From an uncultured Alphaproteobacteria bacterium (GTDB lineage Bacteria > Pseudomonadota > Alphaproteobacteria > Rhizobiales > TMED25), in NCBI GenBank assembly GCA_938074435.1, contig CALJEH010000090.1, positions 1 to 52,439 of the forward strand: a DNA stretch of 52,439 nucleotides, read 5' to 3'. This document shows positions 43,602 through 52,439 of this stretch, one piece after another. Each line of letters starts with the position of its first letter. The stretch's first letter is position 1. Below the pieces are notes generated by a model. It worked only from the letters and a program-made list of their open reading frames with translations. It was not told the origin of the DNA and ran no database searches. The translations under genes and the position numbers were made by a program.

Positions 43602-44690
43602 CTATTTAAAGTCGTCCTCAGATAAGTTTAGTAACCTCAATGCATTAAGTCCACAAATCTTCTCCCTTTCTTCTTCAGAAATACTTTCTATTTGATATAC
43701 ATGTTCCACTGGATCATGTTCTGCCATATCAGCTGGATAATCAGTTCCTATTGCAATATGATCAGCTCCATATTTTTTAATCAGAAATTCTAACTGATCA
43801 ATAGAGAATACTAGAGTATCAAAATAAAATTTCTTGAGATATGTTGTAGGTTTTTTAAATATCTTTTGACGACAATCGATTCTTGCTCCATATGCATGAT
43901 CCATTCTCGCAGCATAGCTTGCTGGAAATGCACCACCGTGTGATAAATAAAATTTAATATTCGGATATCTTTCCATAACACCATCGAAGATTAGATAATG
44001 AATGGCAACTGTTGTGTCTAATGGATTACCAATGACATTTAGCATGTAATGTTCGCCAAATCTGTCACTATAAAATGAAGATGGATGGATGAATATTAAG
44101 ATGTCTAACTCTTCGCACCTTTTCCAGAATGGTTCGAGCCTTTCAGCAGATAATTCATCTTTTCCAACTCTTGCTCCAATCTGAATTCCCCTAAAGCCTA
44201 ATTCATTCACGCATCTATCAAGTTCTTTTAGAGCTAAATCTGTATCTTGAAGAGGAACAGTCCCAAGTCCAGTGAGTCTTTTAGGGTGTATTTTTACTGT
44301 AGAAGCAATGTTATCGTTGATGATTTCAGAAGATTCAGCACAAAGATTTTTGTCTACCATGTAGTAGAATTGTTGTGGAGAACAAGATAGAGCAGAGACA
44401 TCAAGTAGGGATTTATTCATTTGGTCTAATCTTACATTTATATCTGTGAATGGAACCTCTCTATCCTCAAATTGTTTTTTATTTACTTGCTTTGTTAATT
44501 CGCTTGCCACGCCAACAGAAGGATGGAAATCTTTGGGCAAATGTGGTTTTACCAAATCATCAGCCGCAGGTGTTCTAACATGATTATGCAGATCAACAGT
44601 TAACGTTTTTGGCCTTTGAGATATACCACTTACGTGATCTCTCCCTGCTGTTGGACCATATGGTCTTATTTCAATATCATGTTTTGTCAT
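43602..44690 (-). CDS. Amidohydrolase_2 (ACMSD-type) metal-dependent decarboxylase/hydrolase
   Basis: Metal-ligand pattern VDLHNHV...IHPS...SHGGA...GTDYP is typical of the ACMSD, gamma-resorcylate decarboxylase and LigW family. SD GGAGAAG. Confidence 0.7.
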   Translation of the reverse strand: MTKHDIEIRPYGPTAGRDHVSGISQRPKTLTVDLHNHVRTPAADDLVKPHLPKDFHPSVGVASELTKQVNKKQFEDREVPFTDINVRLDQMNKSLLDVSALSCSPQQFYYMVDKNLCAESSEIINDNIASTVKIHPKRLTGLGTVPLQDTDLALKELDRCVNELGFRGIQIGARVGKDELSAERLEPFWKRCEELDILIFIHPSSFYSDRFGEHYMLNVIGNPLDTTVAIHYLIFDGVMERYPNIKFYLSHGGAFPASYAARMDHAYGARIDCRQKIFKKPTTYLKKFYFDTLVFSIDQLEFLIKKYGADHIAIGTDYPADMAEHDPVEHVYQIESISEEEREKICGLNALRLLNLSEDDFK

Positions 44691-44721
44691 ATAACTTCTC
44701 CAATTTTTCTATCATGTTATG

Positions 44722-44752
44722 TTGCCCAGTCAAATTAAGTGTGACTGGGCAA
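44722..44752 (-). other. Intercistronic stem-loop (TTGCCCAGTCA-9 nt-TGACTGGGCAA)
   Basis: A perfect 11-bp GC-containing inverted repeat between the alpha/beta-hydrolase stop (44761) and the amidohydrolase start (44690). No U-run follows on the transcribed strand. Confidence 0.6.
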
Positions 44753-44760
44753 TAAGTCTA

Positions 44761-46005
44761 TTATTCCCACCAATGCAAGGCATCTTTATTTTCACCTTGT
44801 TTAGCATTTGGTCCACTGCCGTTTGTTCTGAGATACATTTTCTTATCATGACCTGCTTTTATTTTTCCATTAAAAACATCTACAAGCCAATCCATACACA
44901 TCATATGACAGTCATGTCGATCTTGCCCTGTACCTTTGAACATAACTGCTTGGTGATATGTATCCTCATAAACCCACAATTCTTTTGGCGCAGTAACTTT
45001 ATCATAGAAATTATAGACCAATTCAACAGGACTTCTTGAATCATATTCTCCAACTGTAAGAAGAATTGGACATTTAATATCTTTTTCTCTTCCTTCAACG
45101 GTCATTTGTGCAACAATTTTATCAAGTTCTTCTTCACTTTGAGTGCCTGTGAGATAGCCAAATAATTGTTTATATCTTGGTGAAAAAGTATCCAGAATAT
45201 AATATTTATCTAGATAAGAGGCCCATGGTCCTACAACACCCTTAATTCTAGGATCACCAGATGCAGCAACTTCAAGGCCCCAATGCGAACCCATTGATAC
45301 AGCAAATATACCAATTTTATCTTTATCAACCTCTGGTCTTGTTTCTAACCAATCAACAATACTTAATACAGCTCGTTCATAATTGCCATGTGTAAGTTTT
45401 TGATTTCGGATGTTACTCATGCCCTGTCCAGGTCCATCAATAACAAGTAGGTGCATACCCCTTGCATGCGCTTCAACAACTTTTGGATCTGGCCACATTT
45501 CCTTAGTCATATCACATCCGGGAATGAATATCATTGTTGGCGCGACATCCACGCCAGGACATAAAAAGAAATTACATTGTAATTGCATATCTTCAAAAGG
45601 AACTTCAACTCTTTCAATTGTGTAAGGTGCTAGTTCGATTACTTTCTCAAAATTAGCAATACATCTACCATGCAGGTATCTTTTTTCATCATTTGTTTCT
45701 AAAACTGGATGCTGTGCAGCAGCAAATTTTGCAGAAGCCCTGTAATATAAATCAAAAGCAGTTGATTTATGACCTGCTACTTCTTCTTCTTGAGCAACTT
45801 TTTCTAGCCTCTGGCCTTGTCTACCTAGATGCTTGGAGATCTGACCATGGCTTTTAACAGTGCCAGGTAATTCTCTTCCTTCTTCATCCCAGTGAAAAAC
45901 ACGACCTGTTTCCTTAACAATCCAGTCATATATCCACTGATGTCCGTCTCTATTTAATCTTGGTGTACGCATCAATAAATCTCCCATATTTTGCTTGAGT
46001 TTCAA
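44761..46005 (-). CDS. Alpha/beta hydrolase with an N-terminal helical extension of about 130 aa
   Basis: Nucleophile elbow FAVSMGSHWG and an acid/His region near the C-terminus (VGEYD, YEDTYH). The overall layout recalls the 2,6-dihydropseudooxynicotine hydrolase/FrsA-like group (from memory, not searched). Start may be 45987 or 45972. Confidence 0.6.
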   Translation of the reverse strand: MKLKQNMGDLLMRTPRLNRDGHQWIYDWIVKETGRVFHWDEEGRELPGTVKSHGQISKHLGRQGQRLEKVAQEEEVAGHKSTAFDLYYRASAKFAAAQHPVLETNDEKRYLHGRCIANFEKVIELAPYTIERVEVPFEDMQLQCNFFLCPGVDVAPTMIFIPGCDMTKEMWPDPKVVEAHARGMHLLVIDGPGQGMSNIRNQKLTHGNYERAVLSIVDWLETRPEVDKDKIGIFAVSMGSHWGLEVAASGDPRIKGVVGPWASYLDKYYILDTFSPRYKQLFGYLTGTQSEEELDKIVAQMTVEGREKDIKCPILLTVGEYDSRSPVELVYNFYDKVTAPKELWVYEDTYHQAVMFKGTGQDRHDCHMMCMDWLVDVFNGKIKAGHDKKMYLRTNGSGPNAKQGENKDALHWWE

Positions 46006-46125
46006 AACTCAAAAAATTAATTTTACTAACTATAATTTATAGGGTAAAAAACATTTATTTGGAACATAAAAATAAGAAATACTCTCTGTTAGACTACTTA
46101 ATATCCAAAGTTTAAGATAAAAAAA

Positions 46126-47343
46126 ATGAATCTATCAATCAGTTTCCCTTCTTTCCAAAGTAAGGAATTTCAAAAATATACTGCAGGTAATTTCTTTGCA
46201 ATGAATGGGCTATGGATTAATAGAGTGATTATTGGATGGCTTGGCTGGGAATTAACAAATCTTGCATCTTGGGTTGGTTTTTTATCTTTTCTACTTTTTG
46301 CCCCAACAATTTTTGCAGGTCCCATATTTGGGGTGATAGTTGATCGTATTGATATAAAAAAATTCGCAATCTATACACAGTCTATTATTTCAGCGACAGT
46401 ACTATTCTTGTGGGTACTATATTTTTTCAATTTATTGAATATTATTAATTTATGCATTATAGCACTTGTAATTGGTATATTTACAAGCGCGGATAGAATT
46501 ACTCGACACACCCTTGTTCCAAGAATAATTGAAAAAAAAAATCTTGTTAATGCATTAGCGATACACGGGATTAATTTCAATACTGCTCGACTACTTGGTC
46601 CTGCATTTGCAGGTGTTTTAATTCAATTCACCAGTTTTTCATTTACAATTTTTATAAATTTCTTGTGTTTGTTAGCTATGCCAATTGCACTGATCACTAT
46701 TAAAGTGGCTGAAAAAGTTTCAGAAGAAAAAGAAAGAAAGAATATTTTATCAGAGTTTTTTGATGGTGCAAAATTTGCTATTAGTCACAGTGTCATTTTA
46801 GAGGCTTGCGCAATTACAGCGCTCTATTCTCTTTTTGCTCGTGGAGCAATTGAAATTCTTCCAGCTGTAGCAGGAGGGATTTTTAGTGTTGGTCCCGAAG
46901 GCCTTGGCCATATGATGGCAACTGCTGGTGCAGGCGCGCTTGTTGCAGCCATATTTATTGCTATGAGAAGGTCAAAAAATCAGGAAAGGGGGATTCCCTT
47001 TAGAGTTTATTTTTCATCATTTCTTGGCTTATTGGCTGTTATAATTCTCGGTATATCTTCTAATTGGTATGTCGCACTTTCTGCTATATTCATAATGGGA
47101 TTCTGTATGACTATAAATGGAATAGATCTTCAGGCTGTTGTTCAACTAGAGCTTAATGACACATACAGAGGCAGGGTTATGAGTCTATGGATTCTTCTTG
47201 TTATTGGTCTTGCAGCAATTAGCTCTATTCTGATGGGTGCTTTTGGTGACATTCTAGGCATAGAGAATACCCTAATATCATTTTCAATTTTTGGGATTAT
47301 TTCGTTGATAACGCTATTATTAACAATAAATAAAAAATATTGA
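46126..47343 (+). CDS. MFS transporter (MFS_3/EntS-like)
   Basis: About 12 hydrophobic segments; the N-terminal FRxYxxGxxxSxxGxW-like pattern (FQKYTAGNFFAMNGLWINRV) is typical of that subfamily. Confidence 0.7.
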   Translation: MNLSISFPSFQSKEFQKYTAGNFFAMNGLWINRVIIGWLGWELTNLASWVGFLSFLLFAPTIFAGPIFGVIVDRIDIKKFAIYTQSIISATVLFLWVLYFFNLLNIINLCIIALVIGIFTSADRITRHTLVPRIIEKKNLVNALAIHGINFNTARLLGPAFAGVLIQFTSFSFTIFINFLCLLAMPIALITIKVAEKVSEEKERKNILSEFFDGAKFAISHSVILEACAITALYSLFARGAIEILPAVAGGIFSVGPEGLGHMMATAGAGALVAAIFIAMRRSKNQERGIPFRVYFSSFLGLLAVIILGISSNWYVALSAIFIMGFCMTINGIDLQAVVQLELNDTYRGRVMSLWILLVIGLAAISSILMGAFGDILGIENTLISFSIFGIISLITLLLTINKKY

Positions 47344-47383
47344 TGGGTATACTTATAAGTAAAATTATGAAGGAGATTTCTCT

Positions 47384-48376
47384 ATGAAAGCAGCTGTAAT
47401 TGGCTTGGGTTGGTGGGGTAAGGTAATTGTAAAAAACCTTATTAAAAGTAAAAAAATAAATGTTATTTGTGGTGTTGATCAGGACTTATCCAACCTTTCT
47501 GATTTTGGAAAAGAATACAACATTGAACTGAGGAACTCATATGAATCTGTTCTTGAAGATCAAAATATAGATGCTGTAATTCTTGCAACGCCTAATCGAC
47601 TTCATCACATTCATATTATTCAAGCTGCGGAAGCTGGAAAACAAATTTTTTGTGAAAAACCACTCTCATTAAGTTCGCAAGATGCCAAAGATGCAATAGA
47701 GGTATGTAATAACCGAGGAATTGTTCTTGGTTTAGGGCATGAGAGACGCTATGAATCTGCAATGAAAAGTTTATTTCAACATGTAAGAAATGGTGATATC
47801 GGAAATGTGCTTCATGTTGAAACTAACTTCAGTCATGATTTGTTTAAAACACTTGATAAAGACAATTGGAGATTCAGTCCAATAGATGCGCCTGGAGGAG
47901 GCTTTACTGCAAGAGGAATTCATTTAACAGATTTTATGGTCCATATGTTTGGCAGAGCAAAGAAAGTGTATTCAACCATGTCAAGTATTGCATACGAAAA
48001 GCCAAGGATTGATACAATGTCTGCAAATATAGAGTTTTTGACTGGGATTACAGGTATTGTTTCGGTATCTATTGCCACTCCCTTTTATGGTAGATATACC
48101 GTATTTGGTGATAAGGGTTGGATTGAAGCGAGAGAAATTAATAATTTTGAACATGATGATCCAGGCGAGCTCGTTCTTTGTAAAGAAGGGGGTGATAGAA
48201 TTATAACTACACATACTCACACAAATACTGTACTTGAAAATTTTGAGTGTTGGCATGATGCTGCAGTTAACGGCGAAAAATATCCAATTTCAACTGATGA
48301 GATGATTGCAAATATTGAGATATTTGAAGCGATTGTAAAATCAGGTGATTCAGGAGAGGTTGTAGAAATTATTTAG
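47384..48376 (+). CDS. Gfo/Idh/MocA family NAD(P)-dependent oxidoreductase (paralog of 36705-37682)
   Basis: MKAAVIGLGWWGK, FCEKPLSL, APGGGFTARGIHLTD. SD AAGGAG. Confidence 0.8.
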   Translation: MKAAVIGLGWWGKVIVKNLIKSKKINVICGVDQDLSNLSDFGKEYNIELRNSYESVLEDQNIDAVILATPNRLHHIHIIQAAEAGKQIFCEKPLSLSSQDAKDAIEVCNNRGIVLGLGHERRYESAMKSLFQHVRNGDIGNVLHVETNFSHDLFKTLDKDNWRFSPIDAPGGGFTARGIHLTDFMVHMFGRAKKVYSTMSSIAYEKPRIDTMSANIEFLTGITGIVSVSIATPFYGRYTVFGDKGWIEAREINNFEHDDPGELVLCKEGGDRIITTHTHTNTVLENFECWHDAAVNGEKYPISTDEMIANIEIFEAIVKSGDSGEVVEII

Positions 48377-48932
48377 AAGTTATCTGCGCTCTTTTGTTTG
48401 CTTCATCAAAGACTTTATGCGAGTGTTCAACTTTATATTCACTTTCAACCAATGTCTCGGGTTCCCATTCACTCTTAGGAGTGTCAAAAAAATCACCGCC
48501 ATACACATGTAAAGCACAAGTAAATTTATTTGTTGGATTAATTACAGAATGAATAATATCACTGCCGAGTGGAACAGTATCAAATTTTTCGAGTGATTTT
48601 GCGCCGGCTGCTTCAATTTTACCGTGTTCTTTATTATCTAATCGTCGCCAAAAAATATTATCCTCACGTCCTGAGTAAACACCAATTGCAGCCCACATAT
48701 TATGATTGTGGGGCATGATTGTCATATTTGGCGTCCAAATTACATTTATTATTGAAAATTTATCAGATTGGTAAAGTTTTTGAATCCCACCTTTTGTTGG
48801 CTCACCAAGTTTCTTGAATATACCAATTGGATCTTCTACTGCTTTTGAGAGTATATCAATGACAGCCTTGTGGTTGTTTATTTTATCGATACGGGCATCA
48901 CATTCTTCAATAAAATTTTCTAGATCAAACAT
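48369..48932 (-). CDS. Cupin-fold metal-dependent protein (COG5553/cysteine-dioxygenase-like group)
   Basis: PHNHNMWAAIGVYSGREDNIFWRR plus a second His region (IHSVINP) fit the remembered pattern of this double-stranded beta-helix family. Confidence 0.5.
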   Translation of the reverse strand: MFDLENFIEECDARIDKINNHKAVIDILSKAVEDPIGIFKKLGEPTKGGIQKLYQSDKFSIINVIWTPNMTIMPHNHNMWAAIGVYSGREDNIFWRRLDNKEHGKIEAAGAKSLEKFDTVPLGSDIIHSVINPTNKFTCALHVYGGDFFDTPKSEWEPETLVESEYKVEHSHKVFDEANKRAQITSK

Positions 48933-49028
48933 ATGTATAACTTGTATTTTTTTTCTTAAGTATTTACTATATCAGAAAATCAAATATTGTTAACTTTGAA
49001 TATACTTATTTAATCCAAATTTAATTTC

Positions 49029-50195
49029 ATGAAAAAAAAGCCAAGAATATTAAATAAAGTTTTTGCACTAGATGATCTAGAGTATCATGCAATGAGACAT
49101 TTACCAAGGCCAGTTTTTGGTTATATTTCAGGTGGTTCTGAAAGAAATCAAACACTTGACATGAATTTACATGACCTGCAAAAAATAAAATTTATACCAA
49201 ATATCTTGAGGGATGTTTCGGAACGATCAATCATTACATCACTGTTCGGTAATAAATGGAATGCGCCATTTGGTATCTCACCAATGGGGGTCAGCGCGCT
49301 TGCCGCATACAGGGGTGATATAGTTCTAGCAGAAGCTGCTAGAAATATGAATATACCAATGATCATTAGTGGATCATCCCTAATACCAATGGAAGAAATT
49401 ATAAAATTAGCACCTGAGACATGGTTCCAAGCTTATTTACCAGGTGATCATGATAAAGTTGAAAAGTTAGTTCTTCGTGTTAAAAATGCAGGTTTTAAGA
49501 CACTCATTCTAACAGTGGATGTATCAGTCTTAGCGGGTAGAGAAAATAATCTTAGAAATGGTTTCTCAACTCCTTTAAGACCCTCTTTTAGATTAATGTA
49601 TGATGGAATGATCAGACCCAAGTGGACTTTAAATACATTTTTAAGAACGCTTTTAATCCATGGTATGCCTCACTTTGAGAATTTTCTTGCTGATAGAGGT
49701 GAGCCAGTTTTTTCAGCTTCCATAAATCGTGATTTTGGTAAAAGGTCTAACTTGAACTGGGAGCATCTAAAGCAAATAAGAGACTTATGGGATGGTAATC
49801 TTATAGTAAAGGGAATATTAAACAAAGATGATGCGATTAAAGCGCAGAGCATGGGTGCAGATGCTATTATAATATCAAATCATGGCGGCAGACAACTTGA
49901 CTCAGCCATATCATCAATCAAAGCTCTCGAGAACATAAAGCCAGTAATCAAAGGTGACTTTAAAATATTTGTTGATAGTGGTTTTAGGAGAGGTACGGAT
50001 GTCATTAAAGCCTTGGCTATTGGAGCAGATTTTGTCTTTATCGGGCGACCATTTTTATATGCAGCTTCTATAGCAGGTCAAGAGGGGGTTGAACACTCTA
50101 TACAATTATTAATGGAAGAAATTGATAGGGATATTGCCCTATTGGGAGTTAATTCTATTGATGAATTGAATACAAATTTATTGTACAAAGACTAA
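49029..50195 (+). CDS. FMN-dependent alpha-hydroxy acid dehydrogenase/oxidase (LldD/mandelate dehydrogenase family)
   Basis: Signature SNHGGRQLD, TIM-barrel motifs (VDSGFRRGTDVIKALAIGADFVFIGRP); 388 aa. Confidence 0.85.
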   Translation: MKKKPRILNKVFALDDLEYHAMRHLPRPVFGYISGGSERNQTLDMNLHDLQKIKFIPNILRDVSERSIITSLFGNKWNAPFGISPMGVSALAAYRGDIVLAEAARNMNIPMIISGSSLIPMEEIIKLAPETWFQAYLPGDHDKVEKLVLRVKNAGFKTLILTVDVSVLAGRENNLRNGFSTPLRPSFRLMYDGMIRPKWTLNTFLRTLLIHGMPHFENFLADRGEPVFSASINRDFGKRSNLNWEHLKQIRDLWDGNLIVKGILNKDDAIKAQSMGADAIIISNHGGRQLDSAISSIKALENIKPVIKGDFKIFVDSGFRRGTDVIKALAIGADFVFIGRPFLYAASIAGQEGVEHSIQLLMEEIDRDIALLGVNSIDELNTNLLYKD

Positions 50196-51160
50196 ATAAT
50201 ATCAAATAATCCCGTACTTTTTAGATCTTCTTTTAATTCCTGTTTTTTTTCATCACTTATTTTAATAACTGGTGGCCTTGTCCTTCCACCTTTCATACCA
50301 ATGAGTTCTTGCCAATATTTCATTTCACTGATAGGCATTCTGCCACTATTCCAATATCCCATAATCCATTTTGCATGGAGTTCCCTGAGTGGCTGAATTG
50401 ATTTAGCTATCTCAGTGGCTCTATTTATCTCACCATTTAATGCAGCATCTGTATAATCTTTTAGAGGCAACCAACCTTTTGATTGATATAGATGTGGATT
50501 GTAATTTACAAGCCACTGCAGTCCGAGTTGAGTCATACTGGTTAGCCATGGCGCTTCATCTGCTACAGATATCACTATATCTTTTCCTACAGAGTCTATT
50601 ATTGAGTGAGTAGAAGCTGGCGACCCATCAGCTTGCTTATATCCGCAGATATTTGGAAGTTTTGATAGCCGTTTTGCGAGATTAGCATTTATTGGATGAC
50701 AATTTTGAGGAACATTGAATAGGATTATACCAATGTCAACTCTTGAGCAGATGTATTCATAAAATTGATAGACAGTTTCGTCGTCTCTGGCTGCAACATA
50801 TGGTGTGAGCACAATTACAAAATCATAACCAATTTCTTGAGCATGTTTTGCTAGTGTAACTACTTGCTTTACTGACTGATGGTGACAACCTGCAATCATA
50901 GGGATCCTATTTTGTGCTTGGTCAAGCATTACTTCATGTGCATGCATTCTTTCATTATCAGGCATTGACCAAAATTCAGCAATATTACCTGAACAATAGT
51001 GCCCATCAACTTTTATGTTCTCGATTATATGATCCATATTTGATCGATTAGCAACATCATCAAAATTATCATCTTCATCCCAGCAATATGGCATGGCAGT
51101 CCATATTCCCTTCAATAACTCTCTAGCTGCTTCTTTAGATTCTTTCTTCGAATATTTCAT
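50192..51160 (-). CDS. DapA/dihydrodipicolinate synthase-family (class I aldolase/dehydratase) protein
   Basis: Family pattern IPMIAGC...VLTPYV...ILFNVP...ICGYKQADG, with the Schiff-base Lys position. The sequence is divergent, so the substrate is unknown. Confidence 0.6.
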   Translation of the reverse strand: MKYSKKESKEAARELLKGIWTAMPYCWDEDDNFDDVANRSNMDHIIENIKVDGHYCSGNIAEFWSMPDNERMHAHEVMLDQAQNRIPMIAGCHHQSVKQVVTLAKHAQEIGYDFVIVLTPYVAARDDETVYQFYEYICSRVDIGIILFNVPQNCHPINANLAKRLSKLPNICGYKQADGSPASTHSIIDSVGKDIVISVADEAPWLTSMTQLGLQWLVNYNPHLYQSKGWLPLKDYTDAALNGEINRATEIAKSIQPLRELHAKWIMGYWNSGRMPISEMKYWQELIGMKGGRTRPPVIKISDEKKQELKEDLKSTGLFDII

Positions 51161-51171
51161 AATAATTTTAA

Positions 51172-52104
51172 CTATTTTGGATCTTTTTTACCAAAGGGTA
51201 CATCATCTATTCCTTCGCGTTCTTCAAGCCCAGCCATACCTCTGAGAATTTCATAAAATGATACAGTATCCTTTTCAGCATATCCTTTTTCATATGCGGC
51301 TTGATAGATCTGTGATAGAACGGATGTCATTAATGTAGGTGACCCAAGTATCTGTCCTTGTTCAATCATCAGTCTGTTATCTTTGAGTGAAGTCTTTATT
51401 TGACCTTGTTTTGAGTAGTCAGCATTTATCATTTTTGGACCTTTATCTATCATTGTTTTTGATGATGCTGCGCTGTCCTTTAACACTTCTAATAAATTTT
51501 CTTGTTCAAGTCCCGCTTTGTGTCCAAGAACCAATCCTTCTGCAAGAGCAAGTCTATTTCCAGCAAGTATAAGATTAATAACTAATTTGGTTCTTGCGCC
51601 TGATCCTACAGGCCCCATGTAGTAGGCGGCTCTACTAAAGCCTTCAAAATATCCCTTACATACATCGAAGTCTTCTTTTTTACCACCCGCGATTACTATT
51701 AAATCACCGGCTCTTGCCATTGTACTCGTTCCACTAACTGCTGAATCCAAAAATTTTATTCCTTTTTCTGCAAGATCTTTTGAGAGGGATATAGAATCTT
51801 CTGGTCTAGAAGTGGTAGTGTCACAAATATAAAGATTATCTGATGTCACTCCTTCTGCAATCCCATTAGACCCTACAGCTGCATCTCTTGCAATTGTACT
51901 GTTTGGGAGTGACATTATTACACAATCAACATCCTTAGCTGCATCAGCTGGAGTATTGACCGGAGTTCCTCCTTGTTCTCTTAATTCATCCATTCTGTTG
52001 GGGTCAACATCAAATCCTTGAATAATAAACTGTGATTTTCTCATATTTAGAATGAAAGCTTGCCCCATCAGACCCATACCTACAATACCAACTTTTTTAA
52101 CCAT
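51172..52104 (-). CDS. NAD(P)-dependent beta-hydroxyacid dehydrogenase (3-hydroxyisobutyrate dehydrogenase family)
   Basis: VGIVGMGLMGQAF Rossmann motif and a 6PGDH-type C-terminal domain. Start moved to ATG 52104, behind GGAGAGAG. Confidence 0.8.
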   Translation of the reverse strand: MVKKVGIVGMGLMGQAFILNMRKSQFIIQGFDVDPNRMDELREQGGTPVNTPADAAKDVDCVIMSLPNSTIARDAAVGSNGIAEGVTSDNLYICDTTTSRPEDSISLSKDLAEKGIKFLDSAVSGTSTMARAGDLIVIAGGKKEDFDVCKGYFEGFSRAAYYMGPVGSGARTKLVINLILAGNRLALAEGLVLGHKAGLEQENLLEVLKDSAASSKTMIDKGPKMINADYSKQGQIKTSLKDNRLMIEQGQILGSPTLMTSVLSQIYQAAYEKGYAEKDTVSFYEILRGMAGLEEREGIDDVPFGKKDPK

Positions 52105-52118
52105 TTCTCTCTCCATTT

Positions 52119-52439
52119 CTATAGTGTTATTACAATTTTACCAATTTGACTATTACTCATCATGTATTCACGACCTTGATCTATCTCATCAAAGTGGAAT
52201 ACCTTATCGATTATTGGTTTGTTATTATCTGAATCAAGGTGAGGGAGTATATCTCTTTTAAAACCTTCAACTGTTTGAATAATATCATCCTTTGTTACAA
52301 AAGCATTTGATATACCATGTATACTGTATCTCTGTGCGTGAACTTTTCGAATGTTTATTGGAACAGTATCCATTCCATCCATGTAGCCTACATTAACAAT
52401 AATTCCCTTAAATGATAGAGCATTCATAGCATCATTAAA
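52119..52439 (-). CDS. Zinc-type alcohol dehydrogenase/quinone oxidoreductase family, C-terminal part (5' end beyond the window)
   Basis: The frame stays open to the window edge (FNDAMNA...). The C-terminal ...GKIVITL ending is typical of MDR/QOR proteins. Confidence 0.6.
   Translation of the reverse strand, partial: FNDAMNALSFKGIIVNVGYMDGMDTVPINIRKVHAQRYSIHGISNAFVTKDDIIQTVEGFKRDILPHLDSDNNKPIIDKVFHFDEIDQGREYMMSNSQIGKIVITL

Overview
This is a visibly AT-rich (about one third G+C by eye, not computed), very gene-dense chromosomal segment from an alphaproteobacterium. The lineage call rests on a circularly permuted two-piece tmRNA with tag ANDNYAPVAVAA, an alpha-type SspB, the ftsQAZ-lpxC-bamD order and hflKC-DUF2065-degP. 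The streamlined style suggests a marine SAR11/HIMB59/AEGEAN-169-like organism, but that is a guess. Bases 1-30 kb are housekeeping: the end of the dcw cluster (ftsQ, ftsA, ftsZ), lpxC, bamD, recN, ligA, aminopeptidase P, prmA, uvrD, fumC, sspB, ssrA, thyA-folA, hflKC, degP, serB, miaA, ilvBN-ilvC-leuA and tRNA-Lys(CUU). Bases 30-52 kb look accessory. They hold a branched-chain-amino-acid-type ABC transporter, three hypothetical genes (two membrane proteins plus DUF4174), a sitABCD-type metal ABC transporter and an orphan catabolic neighbourhood. That neighbourhood comprises an alpha/beta hydrolase, an ACMSD-type amidohydrolase, an ACAD-fold flavin monooxygenase, an M24 hydrolase, an MFS transporter, two paralogous Gfo/Idh/MocA enzymes, a cupin, an FMN hydroxy-acid dehydrogenase, a DapA-family enzyme, a HIBADH-like enzyme and a partial quinone oxidoreductase. 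No classical transcription factor, mobile element, integrase, CRISPR array or recognisable defence system was seen. The most unusual item is the ssrA locus. Its permuted gene carries a 184-nt stem-closed intervening segment almost filled by a Shine-Dalgarno-preceded 49-codon membrane-peptide ORF. It also has a non-canonical T-loop and a second CCUCCACCA copy after its terminator. Other finds are an ilvBN leader-peptide attenuator, two untracked 59-aa ORFs and several strong hairpins or palindromes. All homology calls come from remembered motifs; no searches or computations were run.
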